A stretch of 49,821 nucleotides of DNA, counting the filler, from Catajapyx aquilonaris (lineage: Eukaryota), in assembly GCA_000934665.2 (NCBI GenBank). It is 3 parts of 3 records of this genome, joined end to end, with 100 filler letters (N's around TTAATTAATTAA, not from the genome) between each part and the next. Parts side by side here need not be neighbours in the genome. Positions count along the whole stretch, not along the records: positions 1 to 16,178 come from JYFJ02007263.1; positions 16,279 to 33,542 come from JYFJ02007264.1; 1 more part is not named here. One strand, 5' to 3'. Below the pieces are notes generated by a model, which was not told where the DNA came from, did not search any database, and was given only the letters and a program-made list of their open reading frames with translations. Shown in pieces: positions 11,601 to 22,400 of this stretch (its first letter is position 1; every line of letters starts with the position of its first letter). The position numbers and the translations under genes were made by a program.

Positions 11601-14234
11601 TATACCTTTCCAATTCTCACATACAGGATGTATCAGAGTCACGGGTCAAGCGCGCGCGAGGGGGGTGGGGAAAAATCGTAGGTGGCGACAACCCCGGTCG
11701 GTTTTATAAAACAATTAGAAATGTGGCAGTAATCAATTTATTTATTACGGCTGTATGGCGTGACGTCACGTCCTTTCTGTTTGAATTGAGCCTGGCGCGC
11801 ACGGCAAATGCAAGGCTAGAGTGCAGTGGTTTGAACGTGTTTGATGCTGGTTGACGGGCTCTCATGCTACACCTGCAGAGTACTGAACACACCACTGTAC
11901 AGTAGTACACTACTTTGTACAGTACCCTGCCGGTGTAGCATGAGAGCGCCTTTTTCAGTGCAACCCGCAAGGCTAAAAACCCGTCGACCAGCATCAAACA
12001 CGTTCAAACCACTGCACTCTTGCCTTGCATTTGCCGTGCGCGCCAGGCTCAATTCAAACAGAAAGGATGTGGCGTCACGCCATATGGGCGTAATAAATAA
12101 ATTTATTACTGCCGTATTTCTAATTGTTTTATAAAACCGACCGGGGTTGTCGCCACCTACGATTTTTCCCCACCCCCTCGCGCGCGCTTGACCCGTGACT
12201 CTGATACACCCTGTATATGCTGTCTGCCATATCGGATCTGCCATTTGAAATTTTGACATCGAATCTGAAATCAGCGCCATTGAAAACCATTTTATAAAAA
12301 TTTCTGCATTTTTGGCCATGGATTTACTTATTATCTTAGCCGAGATCGGAGGGAGCACGCTCAGCCGCAGGAAAATGCTTTGGTTCGTTACCGTCCAAAT
12401 AAATACATGAAGGTATGGTATTGGGCTGAATCTTTGCACACTGCTGTATTGCATTACTCCCACGGAGGTTCGCAAGTTTGGCGCTCCAAATCAGTGGTAC
12501 TGGAGTTTTTTGTCATTTTTGGTCAGTGTTCGAAATTGGGATACATAAACAGGTCACCAGTGGCACCTGAAATGTAGGTAATGGTCGCCAAAACTGTACG
12601 TCTAGTTTGCCATTCTTTTATTTTATTACATACCATTACTGTTCCATAGCACAAAATCGCCTATAGTTATAGTGTACAGCATTAATGTGCTTCACAATTC
12701 AGAAGCATATTTAAGTATTTTACCAACTGCTTCTTTTTAGACACGGAACTGCAATAATAGCCTACTGCCCACAAAAAAATTCGAAAACATCCGTTTTGCC
12801 ATTTTCCTTGGGAGAGCACTACTCGAGTCCGATCCGCCTCTCTTGCGACTGCGACTCGAAACAGTCGAAAGACTTAGACTATTTTGAAACCCCCCCCCTC
12901 GCGCACGTCCACCCCTCTGGACTGGAGGGTGCTGTCTACTACTCTCTGACTCATTTAAAACTACCATCTGTATTCTAATTCAAACAGTTGAAAATGGCAT
13001 GATGACATTTCTCTTAAGATATTATTGTTTCCAGGTGGCACGAAAAAATGGGCTGGAGAAGTCTTTGTATTATCGCCTCTTCAAAAGCTTCGAGTCCAAA
13101 TCAACACAGCCATGTCACTTCCTGGAGACGCAGTACAGAATGCACAGCGAAATCATGAAGTTTCCAAATAAGATGTTTTACAAGGACCGCTTGCGATCAG
13201 GATTCAGATATGAGCCAAAGTCTCCGTTTGTGCCATATGTCCTGATAAATGTGCAGCAAGGCAGAGAAGAACAGCTTGATGGGTATGACGTTATCAACTT
13301 ATCATATACACATATCAACAGCGTCATCAAGTGTATTTATTTATTGCAGGGACATAAGCAATGTCACTGAAGCAAAATGTGTTGTTGCTCTGTCTAGTGC
13401 AATAATTATAGACACCCTGATAGCCAATAACATGACTATGGGCATCATTACACCTTACCGTAAGCAAAAAGATCAAATTAAGAAGATGCTGGAAGAAAGG
13501 TGAGCAATTAATTTGAATCGCCAAGTAGAACAAGGGCCCATGTTCATGGTGGACATGGGCCCTTCTTTTATTGGCCAATTTATTTAATGCATCTGTTTTT
13601 AATGTAGTAGTTTAAAAGCACGTTCAGTATTTGGCAAGTTGGGTCTCAAAACAGACATGCAGGCAGGTTCCTCTCACCCTCCTCTTCACTGCCTGCCTTC
13701 CCAAGATCATTGGCACCTGGGGCAGGGTCAATTCAGGACAAAAACCTAACAATCCAATCAGCACCAAGCTTGTGTCCAGGCACTGCTAAATCTTCTCATT
13801 TTGCCATTTCTCCACCAGCAGTGCCACATACACTACATGCATGGTTGTCACCTTGAAAAAATCACCTTTGGCTTGAAATTGTACACTTACGATATGTTTG
13901 TTACTGCAACTGATCACGTATTCAGAATCAGTGATTTTTTTCTGATTGTTATTGAGACCCAACTTGCCGAAATCTCAAATCTTGCTTTCAATGCATAATT
14001 TTTTGCTGCAGGATGGATGAGCATCAGCAGAGGCAGTTTTTCAACAGGGTTGAAATAAACACTGTCGACAGCTACCAAGGACAAGAAAAAGACGTTATTT
14101 TGTTATCATGCGTCAGAGCTCAAAGCAATTTCTCAGGCAATGTGGGTTTCATGGGCCATCGACAGCGTCTCAATGTTGCCTTAACTCGAGCAAGAGTCTC
14201 CCTCATTATATGCGGAAATATGACATATTTGGAG
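2461..14234 (+). CDS. SETX: Senataxin/Sen1-like SF1 (UPF1-like) helicase, partial multi-exon gene
   Basis: GT-AG exons 2461-2610, 2667-2785, 5424-5568, 13035-13282, 13350-13499 and 14012-14234 join in phase (345 codons). Motifs: ADVIATTLSSS, IVDEASQCSEPESLIP, LVGDPQQLPATV, LETQYRMH, GIITPYRKQ, VDSYQGQEKD, RLNVALTRAR. 5' exons lie left of the window and the last exon is not identified. Confidence 0.9.
2667..2785 (+). CDS. SETX: SETX-like exon (GKSSTDRDYRARLQRQILNEADVIATTLSSS...)
   Basis: tgtag acceptor, gtatgt donor, motif Ib-like ADVIATT. Confidence 0.88.
2963..3300 (-). mobile_element. tRNA-derived SINE, family A
   Basis: Head with A/B boxes (gggttcgatccc), 13-bp TSD gattgctagttat (2950-2962, 3301-3313), related copy near 49136-49410. 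Confidence 0.88.
3663..4929. mobile_element. Foldback-like element with ~360-bp arms carrying nine CATTCTGCAGAATG-type palindromes
   Basis: 3663-4022 is the reverse complement of about 4540-4929, with a subterminal repeat array. Confidence 0.85.
4041..4394. mobile_element. MITE nested in the foldback element (31-bp TIR ctactaaattcacggtggaagaccggatagg, TA TSD)
   Basis: Perfect TIR. The empty-site sequence gatgtactagtaat survives in a tandem unit at ~4449. Confidence 0.85.
5084..5306. mobile_element. hAT-type MITE
   Basis: TIR cagtggtttccaacc, perfect 8-bp TSD ctctaatc. Confidence 0.9.
5424..5568 (+). CDS. SETX: SETX-like exon with motifs II and III
   Basis: IVDEASQ and GDPQQLP, ttacag/gtaata splice sites. 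Confidence 0.93.
6363..7770 (+). mobile_element. Possible LTR-retrotransposon LTR with PBS-like sequence
   Basis: GC-richer insert starting TG, ending aataaatCA, followed by tggtgtcaaaag. No second LTR or TSD seen. Confidence 0.35.
8674..8757. repeat. Perfect 34-bp-arm hairpin inserted in the mariner transposase remnant
   Basis: aattgaagggctcgggagtaaacaatggtaaggg and its reverse complement, 16-nt loop. Confidence 0.9.
8928..9224 (+). mobile_element. tRNA-derived SINE, family B (ATT-rich tail)
   Basis: A/B boxes, core gtggttttctgtggtttcccac...ggccacagccgcttccttcc, TSD taatgtgaaatgttc(a), second copy at 34242. Confidence 0.9.
9522..10121. mobile_element. pogo/Tc1-like MITE
   Basis: TIR gggtaaactgcatagtgatggcc / ggccatcactgtacggtttaccc, TA flanks. 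Confidence 0.75.
10403..10963. mobile_element. Tigger/pogo-type MITE
   Basis: TIR cagtaaaacttctataa, TA TSD, repeated subterminal taactcgaa/taagtcgaa motifs. Confidence 0.85.
11624..12213. mobile_element. Tc1/mariner-type foldback MITE, same family as 1242-1787
   Basis: Nearly wholly palindromic, TA TSD. Confidence 0.9.
13035..13282 (+). CDS. SETX: SETX-like exon with LxxQYRMH motif
   Basis: VARKNGLEKSLYYRL...LETQYRMHSEIMKFPNKMFY, ttccag/gtatga. Confidence 0.92.
13350..13499 (+). CDS. SETX: SETX-like exon (N..EA...GIITPYRKQ)
   Basis: ttgcag/gtgagc, phase 2/2 consistent. Confidence 0.92.
14012..14234 (+). CDS. SETX: SETX-like exon with motifs V and VI
   Basis: TVDSYQGQEKDVI, VGF, RLNVALTRAR, ctgcag/gtgagt. 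Confidence 0.93.
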
Positions 14235-14713
14235 GTGAGTAGGTCTACTGAATGCAATATTACGTGATACTACTTGATTTTCATAGTAATTGTTTAGTCA
14301 AGACTTATGTTTAAAAACTTTGCAATACACTCCGCTCTTTTTAAGTTCCAACTGACAATTCATTGTAATGTCTACTATTTTATGGTTGCACAGCAGAAGG
14401 AAAATGAGGTTGCAGGTACCTGGGAAATGTACCATGTGCAGTGTGTGTAGAGGTGTCAGCCAAAGGCATTTATTTTCTTCAGTGTCAGAATTTGACTGGT
14501 GGCAGCAAGGAAATCAGCACATTTGGCATAAGAAATATGCTTGGCAGGTGCCTGACTGGGTAGTCCATTTACTGTAACACTGTTCACAAGACCTGTGGCC
14601 TGTAAAGGCGCTGCAGTTGAATCCAAGATATCCGACGGAGGGGGTAGGTGAGCAGGCAAGGAGTGCAGTAGACATGGCAGGAAGGGGGGAGGGGTACACA
14701 TATATAAGGTACT

Positions 14714-14861
14714 GGTATCAACGGTTCAAAAAGAATTGTCCCTCGCGTCGAGCGGGCAGCCACGCGTCAGGATGAAAGCAACCAGTTAACTGGTTCCTTT
14801 CATCCTGACGCGTGGCTGCCCGCTCGACGCGAGGGACAATTCTTTTTGGACTGATGATACC
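14714..14861. repeat. 148-bp spacer-less near-perfect palindrome centred on GTTAAC
   Basis: Symmetry axis at 14787/14788. Confidence 0.92.
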
Positions 14862-15345
14862 TACCCAAACAGTGGGACTTGGCCGCTGGGAGAGCGGCAC
14901 GACGGGCCCCAGCCAGCTGTAGGGGAGTGGGTCCAGGCGTGCAGGGTGACCTTTGGGAATTAATTGCGGCCAAACGAGAGGTCAGAGGAGGGTGACAATA
15001 CCCCTGTCGTCGAGGGGAGATTTCGATTGTTCCGACGACGGCAATAAGTACAACGAGGCACCAACTTCCCAAAATTAGGCGACAAATTTGTCATAAGTGC
15101 AAAATTGGAGAGAGACCCACACCAGGCAGGAGCATCAAAGCGACCTCTGACAATGAAGTGCGAAGTTAGCGAGTGTCCACCCAGGAGGTGGCGCCTGGAA
15201 TGGCGTGCTGCGGAAATGGCAATTACGTGGAAGGGCCGAGGTCGGTTTTTTGAGTTTTACAAAGTCCCTCGGCACCGTTTCCAAAAAACAAAAGTGTTTG
15301 CAAATATAGGAAACACAGGCAAAATTTTGACACCACTCCCCAAGC

Positions 15346-15854
15346 CAGGGGTATTCAACTAGTTTCTGACAAGGTCCAGTATTTACCTTTCCTGGGCCAT
15401 TGAAGGTACAGAAACCCCCCCCCCCCCCGGATAAAAATATATAGATTTTATATGGTACCACTGGGTTCATATTTGAAAATATAAACATGTGCAGCAAGGG
15501 TAGGAGACTAGGAGGGCCTATCAAGACATGACAATTTCGCCCTTTATGATGTCCTGTACAGGCGCGTAGGCTGAAGAATATTTCGGAGGGGGCCCATTTT
15601 GTAAGCAAAAGGTGAACAAGCCGTAAAGGCCGGGGATCGAGCCCGCCGCAGGCGAAATTTTTTGGAGGTGAGGTGAGGAGCTTAGGTGAGATGTGGGAGA
15701 TTTGAATGGGTGTGTATTTGATGAAATTGGTAGCACTTTTTTCCAAAAAATCATGAATTAGTAATTAATCATGCTATTTCAAACTGTCCTGTATATTGTC
15801 GCGGTCCGGACAAAATTGCGTCACGGTCCGGATCACGCCAGTTGAATATCCCTG
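15346..15854. mobile_element. hAT-type MITE
   Basis: TIR caggggtattcaact / agttgaatatccctg, 8-bp TSD ccccaagc/ccctaagc (7/8 match). Confidence 0.75.
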
Positions 15855-15921
15855 CCCTAAGCTGTCGGCCGTACTGTGCGGGAGGAGTTATGGGAACTGT
15901 CGGCTTTTAATAACATAGATA

Positions 15922-16178
15922 CGAGGGGGAATCAAATGAAAACGAGAATTATTTTTTTTACAATTGTTCTACTATAATAATGATTGTGACAACTACACTA
16001 TTTTTCCACATAGTCCCCTTGGCGTCCAATGCAAGTGCGCCACTTGGTAGGAAGCACCTCAATACCGCGGGAAAAAAATTCTTTCGATTGAGCTCGTAGC
16101 CAGTTGTGCACCGCCGCTTCCACTTCATCATTGGACTGGAACTTCTTTCCTCCTAGGTCTGCTTTCAATGGACCAAAG
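15922..16178 (-). mobile_element. 3' end of a mariner element with intact transposase C-terminus running into the gap
   Basis: 16178-15998 reads FGPLKADLGGKKFQSNDEVEAAVHNWLRAQSKEFFSRGIEVLPTKWRTCIGRQGDYVEK*, terminus TA|cgaggggg. Confidence 0.88.
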
Positions 16179-16278
16179 NNNNNNNNNNNNNNNNNNNNNN
16201 NNNNNNNNNNNNNNNNNNNNNNTTAATTAATTAANNNNNNNNNNNNNNNNNNNNNNNNNNNNNNNNNNNNNNNNNNNN
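16179..16278. other. Assembly gap spacer (N44-TTAATTAATTAA-N44)
   Basis: Same 100-nt construction as 33543-33642. Confidence 0.95.
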
Positions 16279-17530
16279 CGCCACCTTCAGACCTGGCAGA
16301 TATAATTTCCTTATAAAGGCTCTTTGAATCTTCTCGTGTGAGTCAGAATTTTTAGGTGCCCAGACCTCTTCGGCACAGCCCATTATCGGTAGTATTTTCA
16401 AATCCAGGAAGTCAAAATGCTGTTTGAACTTAGGTAATTGGGCTCTAATTAGAGTTGGCCAACTGGCATTGATCGTATTTAGAGCTTGCCTATATTTTTC
16501 TTGTTCATGTTCCTGAAAGTTTAAATTATATTTAAATGTAACCCCTAAATATTTGTAGCCTGGAACCACCTCCAACTTCAGTCCACTTAACCTAAATCTA
16601 TCCGCCGCCTTCAATCTGCCCGCTCTTCTAAAGACCACTACCTTCGTTTTGTCGGAATTTACCTTGAGTTCTTTCTCAGCCAGGTATGTGTCCACTGTCC
16701 AGTAAATCAAGTAATTTTTGAAGATAAAGGGGATTATCTGCTAATAAAACTAAATCGTCCGCATACTGTAAGAAGTTTATCTCCATATTTGTGGTAGGTA
16801 TGCGAATTCCTGGAGCTGAGTTCTTATTCAGAAACTGTTTAAGGTCCGATAAAAAACTGTTGAAGAGTGTTGGACTTAGTGCATCTCCTTGCAGTACTCC
16901 CGATCGCACCTTTATATTCTCCTCCAATTTATATTTATCTATCTGCGTAATTTCCATCTTCTCATATATAGCTTCTACTATCCTTATGAATTTGCTAGAA
17001 ATCCCCATCTCCGCTAACTTATTAAACAGTAGTGCATGAGTTAACGAGTCGAAAGCCTGTGCCAAGTCAATGAATGCTGCGTACACTTTCGCTCCTTTTG
17101 CTAATCTTAGTTGGATCAGTGCCAAGAGTGAAAAAATGTGCTCGACTGCTGACCTCCCTTGTCTGAACCCGTTGTGCTCTTCTGGTATAATATTATTGGT
17201 GTCCAAGAATGTATTTAGCCTTCTGTTTAATAGTGACGTGATGACCTTGATTATATTAATAATTAGTGATATAGGACGATAGTTTGATGGGTTCTTTGGA
17301 TTCCCTTTTTTAAAGATAGGTACTACTCTACTATTCGCCCAATTCGTAGGTATTATTGCTGTCTCATAGACCTGATTTATAATCGCTAGAAGCTGACTTC
17401 TCCATTGTTCTTGGCCTATCTTGTACACCACGTTCGGAACCAGGTCCGGACCCGGTGCTGACTTCGTTTGCATTGAACCCAGCACCAAGTTCAGCTCTTG
17501 CATTGAAAACGCATCATCAAAATGGGCCAC
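16279..17530 (-). mobile_element. 5'-truncated non-LTR retrotransposon (LINE) reverse transcriptase, one frameshift near 16700
   Basis: APGPD, PIFKKG..NYRPISL, FIDLAQAFDS, GVLQGDALSPTLF, QYADD, YKYLG. Confidence 0.93.
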
Positions 17531-17978
17531 TATGCTAAGTGATCTTGTCCGCCATCCTGTATATAACTTATCCTCTCCTCTTTTCCCAACTCCTGGACAA
17601 CTGCTTCCTGTTCAACAATGTCCTCGAAATGGCGTCGGCGAAGGGGTTTTTTCATGGATCTGAACAGTTGAAAGTCACTGGGGGCCAAGCCGGGGGAGTA
17701 CGGCAGGTGTGGAAGCACATCCACGAAAAAAAAACCTTCACCGACCCCATTATGAGGCCATTGTTGACAGTTGTTGACTATGAGCAGGTGTCCGGTTGTG
17801 GGTGCGCAGAACCTCCAAAAATGGTTCCTGGGGGGTCTGGGGAGGTTGAGACACCCATGACTCCTGTGCAATAGGCTCCTGGAGGGTTTTATCGATAATA
17901 AGTGGCTATCTGATGACCTGCACAGGCCCTGTATTTGTGGCAAAAAAATTAATGTAAAGACTTTCCGACCGCCCCTCG
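17531..17978 (-). mobile_element. Internally deleted mariner fragment interrupted by the LINE
   Basis: TA|cgaggggcggtcggaaagt terminus, LPHLPYSPGLAPSDFQLF motif. Confidence 0.82.
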
Positions 17979-17991
17979 TATTTTGTCCAAC

Positions 17992-18710
17992 CCGGGTGGT
18001 TGTAAAGTCACTGCCTATTGGAAATGTGTAATAAAATTGTCAAATATTGCTCAATTTCCATGAAACAAGTTTTATTCTGTACCTTACAATGGTAGAATTT
18101 AAACTCCCGCCCGTATGCAACGCCACGCCCCCAGGTGGCAACAGCAGTCACAATACCAGTAAAGATGGTGCAGCAACTTAGTGCTCGCAGTGAGAGAGCT
18201 CAGCTGGCGTCCCGTTTTGAAGTGTGGGGGTCGGTGGTTAAAGTGCATAGATGGTGGCGATCCATACACGGACCTCGTGCCACAGTTCACCCCAGGACCA
18301 TAAAGAACTGCCATTCGAAGCTGATGAGCACGGGATCCGTGATGGACAGCCATAGGAGTGGTCCTTCATCGACATCGAGAACGGAGGAAAACGTGGCTTT
18401 ATGGTCCTGGGGTGAACTGTGGCACAAGGTATGTGTATGCATCGCCACCATCTCTGCACTTTAACCACCGACCCCCACACTTCAAAACGGGACGCCAGCT
18501 GAGCTCTCTCACTGCGAGCACTAAGTTGCTGCACCATTTTTACTGGTATTGTGACTGCTGTTGCCACCTGGGGGCGTGGCGTTGCATACGGGCGGGAGTT
18601 TAAATTATACCATTGTAAGGTACAGAATAAAACTTGTTTCATGGAAATTGAGCAATATTTGACAATTTTATTACAAATTTCCAATAGGCAGTGACTTTAC
18701 AACCACCCTG
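17992..18710. mobile_element. Foldback made of two inverted 5' ends of a Tc1/mariner-superfamily element (DUF4817-type N-terminus)
   Basis: cagggtggttgtaaagtcac termini. Both arms carry MVQQLSARSERAQLASRFEVWGSVVKV.RWWR; the left arm continues TGSVMDSHRSGPSSTSRTEENV. Confidence 0.85.
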
Positions 18711-18937
18711 TATATTATAGCAAAACTCTTTGGTTTTGATGGCATGTGTTTCACTGTTACTGTTTGGTAAACAATCAATGAAAATGAATTACAGACCAGC
18801 AATATTGAAATACAGACTGCCAAAACTTGACGTATTGACACAATCTGGCATAACTGCTCCAAGCAAATCTAGAGAAAACTCGAAAACCATATCACACAAA
18901 AAATGCACATATTACAGCAAGCCCATCTGGTGCTTAC

Positions 18938-19265
18938 CTTTGTGCATGTCCATCAGCTCTTCTCTTTCCTCTTCCTCTTCAATCAAACTAACTCCTTCCA
19001 TGCTGCTAGCCATTACACCTTCAGATAGGATGCCAGTAGTAGCCGTAACATCCTGAGTAGAAATACTCTGGGTAGAAATCTGCATGGCTTCTTCATCTTC
19101 TTCCAATCTGGCACATTCACTCATGCCTTCTTGCATGTCAAGCAGAACTCCATCAACTTCTTCTTTGGCTTTCAACTGCAAATCTTCCTCACTGTCATTT
19201 TGCTTTGTTCCTAGCCCATCAGGTACTGTATGTGATAATTGGTCCACACTTCCAGCTTCATCTAC
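18938..19265 (-). CDS. TUBGCP6: GCP6 exon 11 (acidic insert region)
   Basis: aacag/gtaagc, acidic low-complexity open frame. Confidence 0.78.
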
Positions 19266-19407
19266 CTGTTAGATTCAAGCAATAATAATCTGTGAAGTAC
19301 TCATATATGAAATTTCCTTTGCAAGTTAATGCTGTAGAAAATGAGCGTGCAGTGCAGTTGCATATGATGATCAAATGCTCCAGTACCTGTAGCTTAATGT
19401 TACATGC

Positions 19408-19473
<66 letters not shown>

Positions 19474-22400
19474 ATGTAATTTGTGGACACATCAGTCACA
19501 TTAGCATTTCCTTGAAATAAATTACTGCAAACACTTGAGGCATGAATTTTGGCAGGACCATGTGCTTACAGGATTAGCATTAATGTCTTCCAAGACTAAG
19601 TTGTCAACGTATGGAATATGCTCAGCAGTAAGGGGCTCCACTCTGGTAGTGACACCTCTCGCAGCATCGATGCGCTTATGAGCTTCTTCTTCTCGGCGAT
19701 TGATTTCATCTAGAAGTTCTGAGTAGTACTGAATGCTTTTGATTCTGCAAGGTTAGCATAGAGATTATTCTTGTGAATGAATCATGAAGTGAAATAAAAA
19801 TTAATAACACATAAGAAGTGAAGCACAAATGCGAACTCAAGTTCATTAATAACTAGTCATCAATGGTCATTGTAATGGGCATAACTCACAGCTATGGTTT
19901 GTGCAAGCAGGGTGTTTCAAATGGCTTTGCTGTATACAAGTGTTTTTAAATTTTTTTAGCCGTCTGATGGGATTGTGGTTATTCAAATGTAGGAGTCTCC
20001 TGTTATCTAGTTGGTGGCAATCACTGTTTCATTGTTTCCTTGTCATAATTTTGTATGTCTTGCAGTATTACTTTGTGTCCTGCAACATTTTTTTTTACAA
20101 AGACCTTATTCAAACCTGGTATCAATTTTCCTTGTTCTAAAGATTCTTTCACATAAACCTTTACATCGATAGCTCTTCTAACTCCAGAGAATGCAACAAA
20201 TAATTGTCCATGACCAAAAACAGCATTAGGAAGATAAATACCAACTTTATCCAAAGTCTGTCCTTGCAATTTGTTGATAGTCATTGCAAATATCAGATTC
20301 ATGGCAAACTGGCAATGCTTAAATTGAAAAGGTAGGTCAAAGTCAGTTATTAAGTCTATCCTTGGAATAAATTGCAACACTATCTTTAGCCAATCCAGTA
20401 TCACTTCCGTCATCATTAAGTTCATCTTCATGTCCATAACCACTCACCAGGGTCCGTTACATAATCCCCTTTTCTGTTTAAATTTCTGAGGAGATATAAC
20501 TGAAGTTATAACTTCAATTTCAGGTCTCATAAAGCATATCCATTTGCCATTTTGTACCATTTCATTGTCAATTACATTTAATTAATTCAAGCCTATAAAA
20601 TACCATAACTCAGACTACAAATCTGTGACTGTCTTCCATGTGAAAAAAGAAAAAAAAAAGGATTCCTTCTTCATACTTTAGGCCAGCAAAGAACAAGAAT
20701 GCACTGAATGTCCAGACACAAGGAGATAACTAGTCTCAACTAGGAAGTGCGAAGCAAGAAAGACTGCATCTACTACCCATCAAATTAGGAAGTCAAAGTG
20801 CAGAAGTGCAGACCTTTGCAACTTCTCCTTTTCAATTTCTTCATTATGCTGCTGTCTAACCACTTCCTGTCTCTGCCTTTCCTCCTCCTCCTCTTGTTCT
20901 TTCTCTTCTTTCTTCCTCTGCCTCACGTCCTCCACCTGTGCCATTAGGTCTGCCATAAGGGCTTGCTTGCGCTTCATTGCTATTGCAAGCTTCTCCTCCT
21001 TTTGCTCTGCAAGACAGAAAAATTCACCATAAATACATATCGTTTACTGAAAAACCATAGCAATTATATTAGTGCTTCGAGACTAATGTGACAGCTCTCG
21101 AGCCAGTTCTGCTTACTCTGAAAGTGTTTGATGGCTTTCTCCATGGCCAGCTTGCTCTCCAGCGCCAAATCCCTGCCATCCTCTTTCGATTTCATGTAAT
21201 CCCCTACAGTGTACTCCGCCCTCTTCCACCCCAACTGAGTTGCTACCTTCTCAACGTACACTTTCCACTTCAAGTAAGAGGTCACATGACCTGATGCATT
21301 TGGTACTAATGCTAGACCCTCTTCCTCCATTTTCTCCCTCACCACCTGCAATGAAATTGTATGCAATTTGACTTAGGGCTTGACAAACCAGTTTATTCCT
21401 TCCATGACCTCCCTAAGCATTTAAAAGCTTTGATAGGCTTGCTCCACAATATTTTAAATGCCGTTAAGTGAATAATTACCAGAACGTGATGCATTGTCAC
21501 AACTTTAGCGAATTTCAAATTTATCTTCAGGGCTCACAGAAAATTTGGGAATCTCAAAAAAGACACCAATGTCATTACTTTGTTCTCATATGATAGAACA
21601 AAGACAAGCGAGAATTGCCACAATAATAAAATTTAACACTAATTAGATGGATGGTTTTTTCGCCCTTTTGCAAGCATCTCCAAAAAAATCGCTTGCTTAG
21701 TCATTTTTGGGACCACGTGTGACAAATATACCGAGTACCATCGCATAGTGTCAAGGCTTGTTCGTGAGGCCATCAGATGGACCCTCTGGTCAGACCATGA
21801 GGAGATTTAAATTCTTAAAGTGCAAGAGATGGCGCAGGGGGTGAGTTTCGGGGCTACATTTTTTCCCCGCCCCATTTTCTTTGTCAGTCTCCCGCTCTGA
21901 CCAGAAGTATATGGTCCTGTCACCCTGGTACTACTAAACAGACCAGTACGCATGAATAATATGTCTCACGAAGGGCGTCAGAGCTACAGGGAGTAATATA
22001 CACCCCTACCCAAGTAAACAAAATGCCTCGCTCCACAGCTGTTTAAAAGCCCCGCCAGGCATGAGCCCCTCCATCCTGACGGAGGCCGGGCGGGAGTTGC
22101 GCAGTGGCCCACCAGCTGCTAATTGACATTTATGAACATTATTTATTAATTTTAAAACTATTGAATTATCTTTTGCACTAATTCTAGGGTGGAATCTCTT
22201 GAGGAGGTTTGGGGGCAACTATGTATGCTAAAATTTGCCGGCCACGGTCATACACTTGTTTTTTAGACACTTTTTTTTTTCAGAGGCCGCAAAATGCTGA
22301 TGTCGCGCAAATTTAGGCCCTATCAGGCAAATATATATAAGATTTTATAGTCATAAAATAGTGACTTTTTTTTCGTGACAGAAAAATGTACAAGGTACTC

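Noticed and set aside
11867..12475. 202-aa ORF, plus mirrored ORFs at 11704-12134 and 1332-1823
   Set aside because: Read-through of palindromic MITE sequence with no recognisable domain.
15135..15746. 203-aa ORF
   Set aside because: It overlaps a hAT MITE and has no motifs or splice support.
16223..16234. TTAATTAATTAA motif (also 33587-33598) as a biological site
   Set aside because: It is centred in identical N44 flanks at both gaps and gives stops in all six frames, so it is an assembly spacer.
16676..17530. Reverse transcriptase as a retron, DGR or other novel RT system
   Set aside because: The motifs are ordinary non-LTR retrotransposon ORF2, 5'-truncated and frameshifted.
19292..19504. 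Poly-Ile ORF (also 34302-34649) and poly-Lys ORF 27420-27746
   Set aside because: Translations of (ATT)n microsatellites and a poly-T run.
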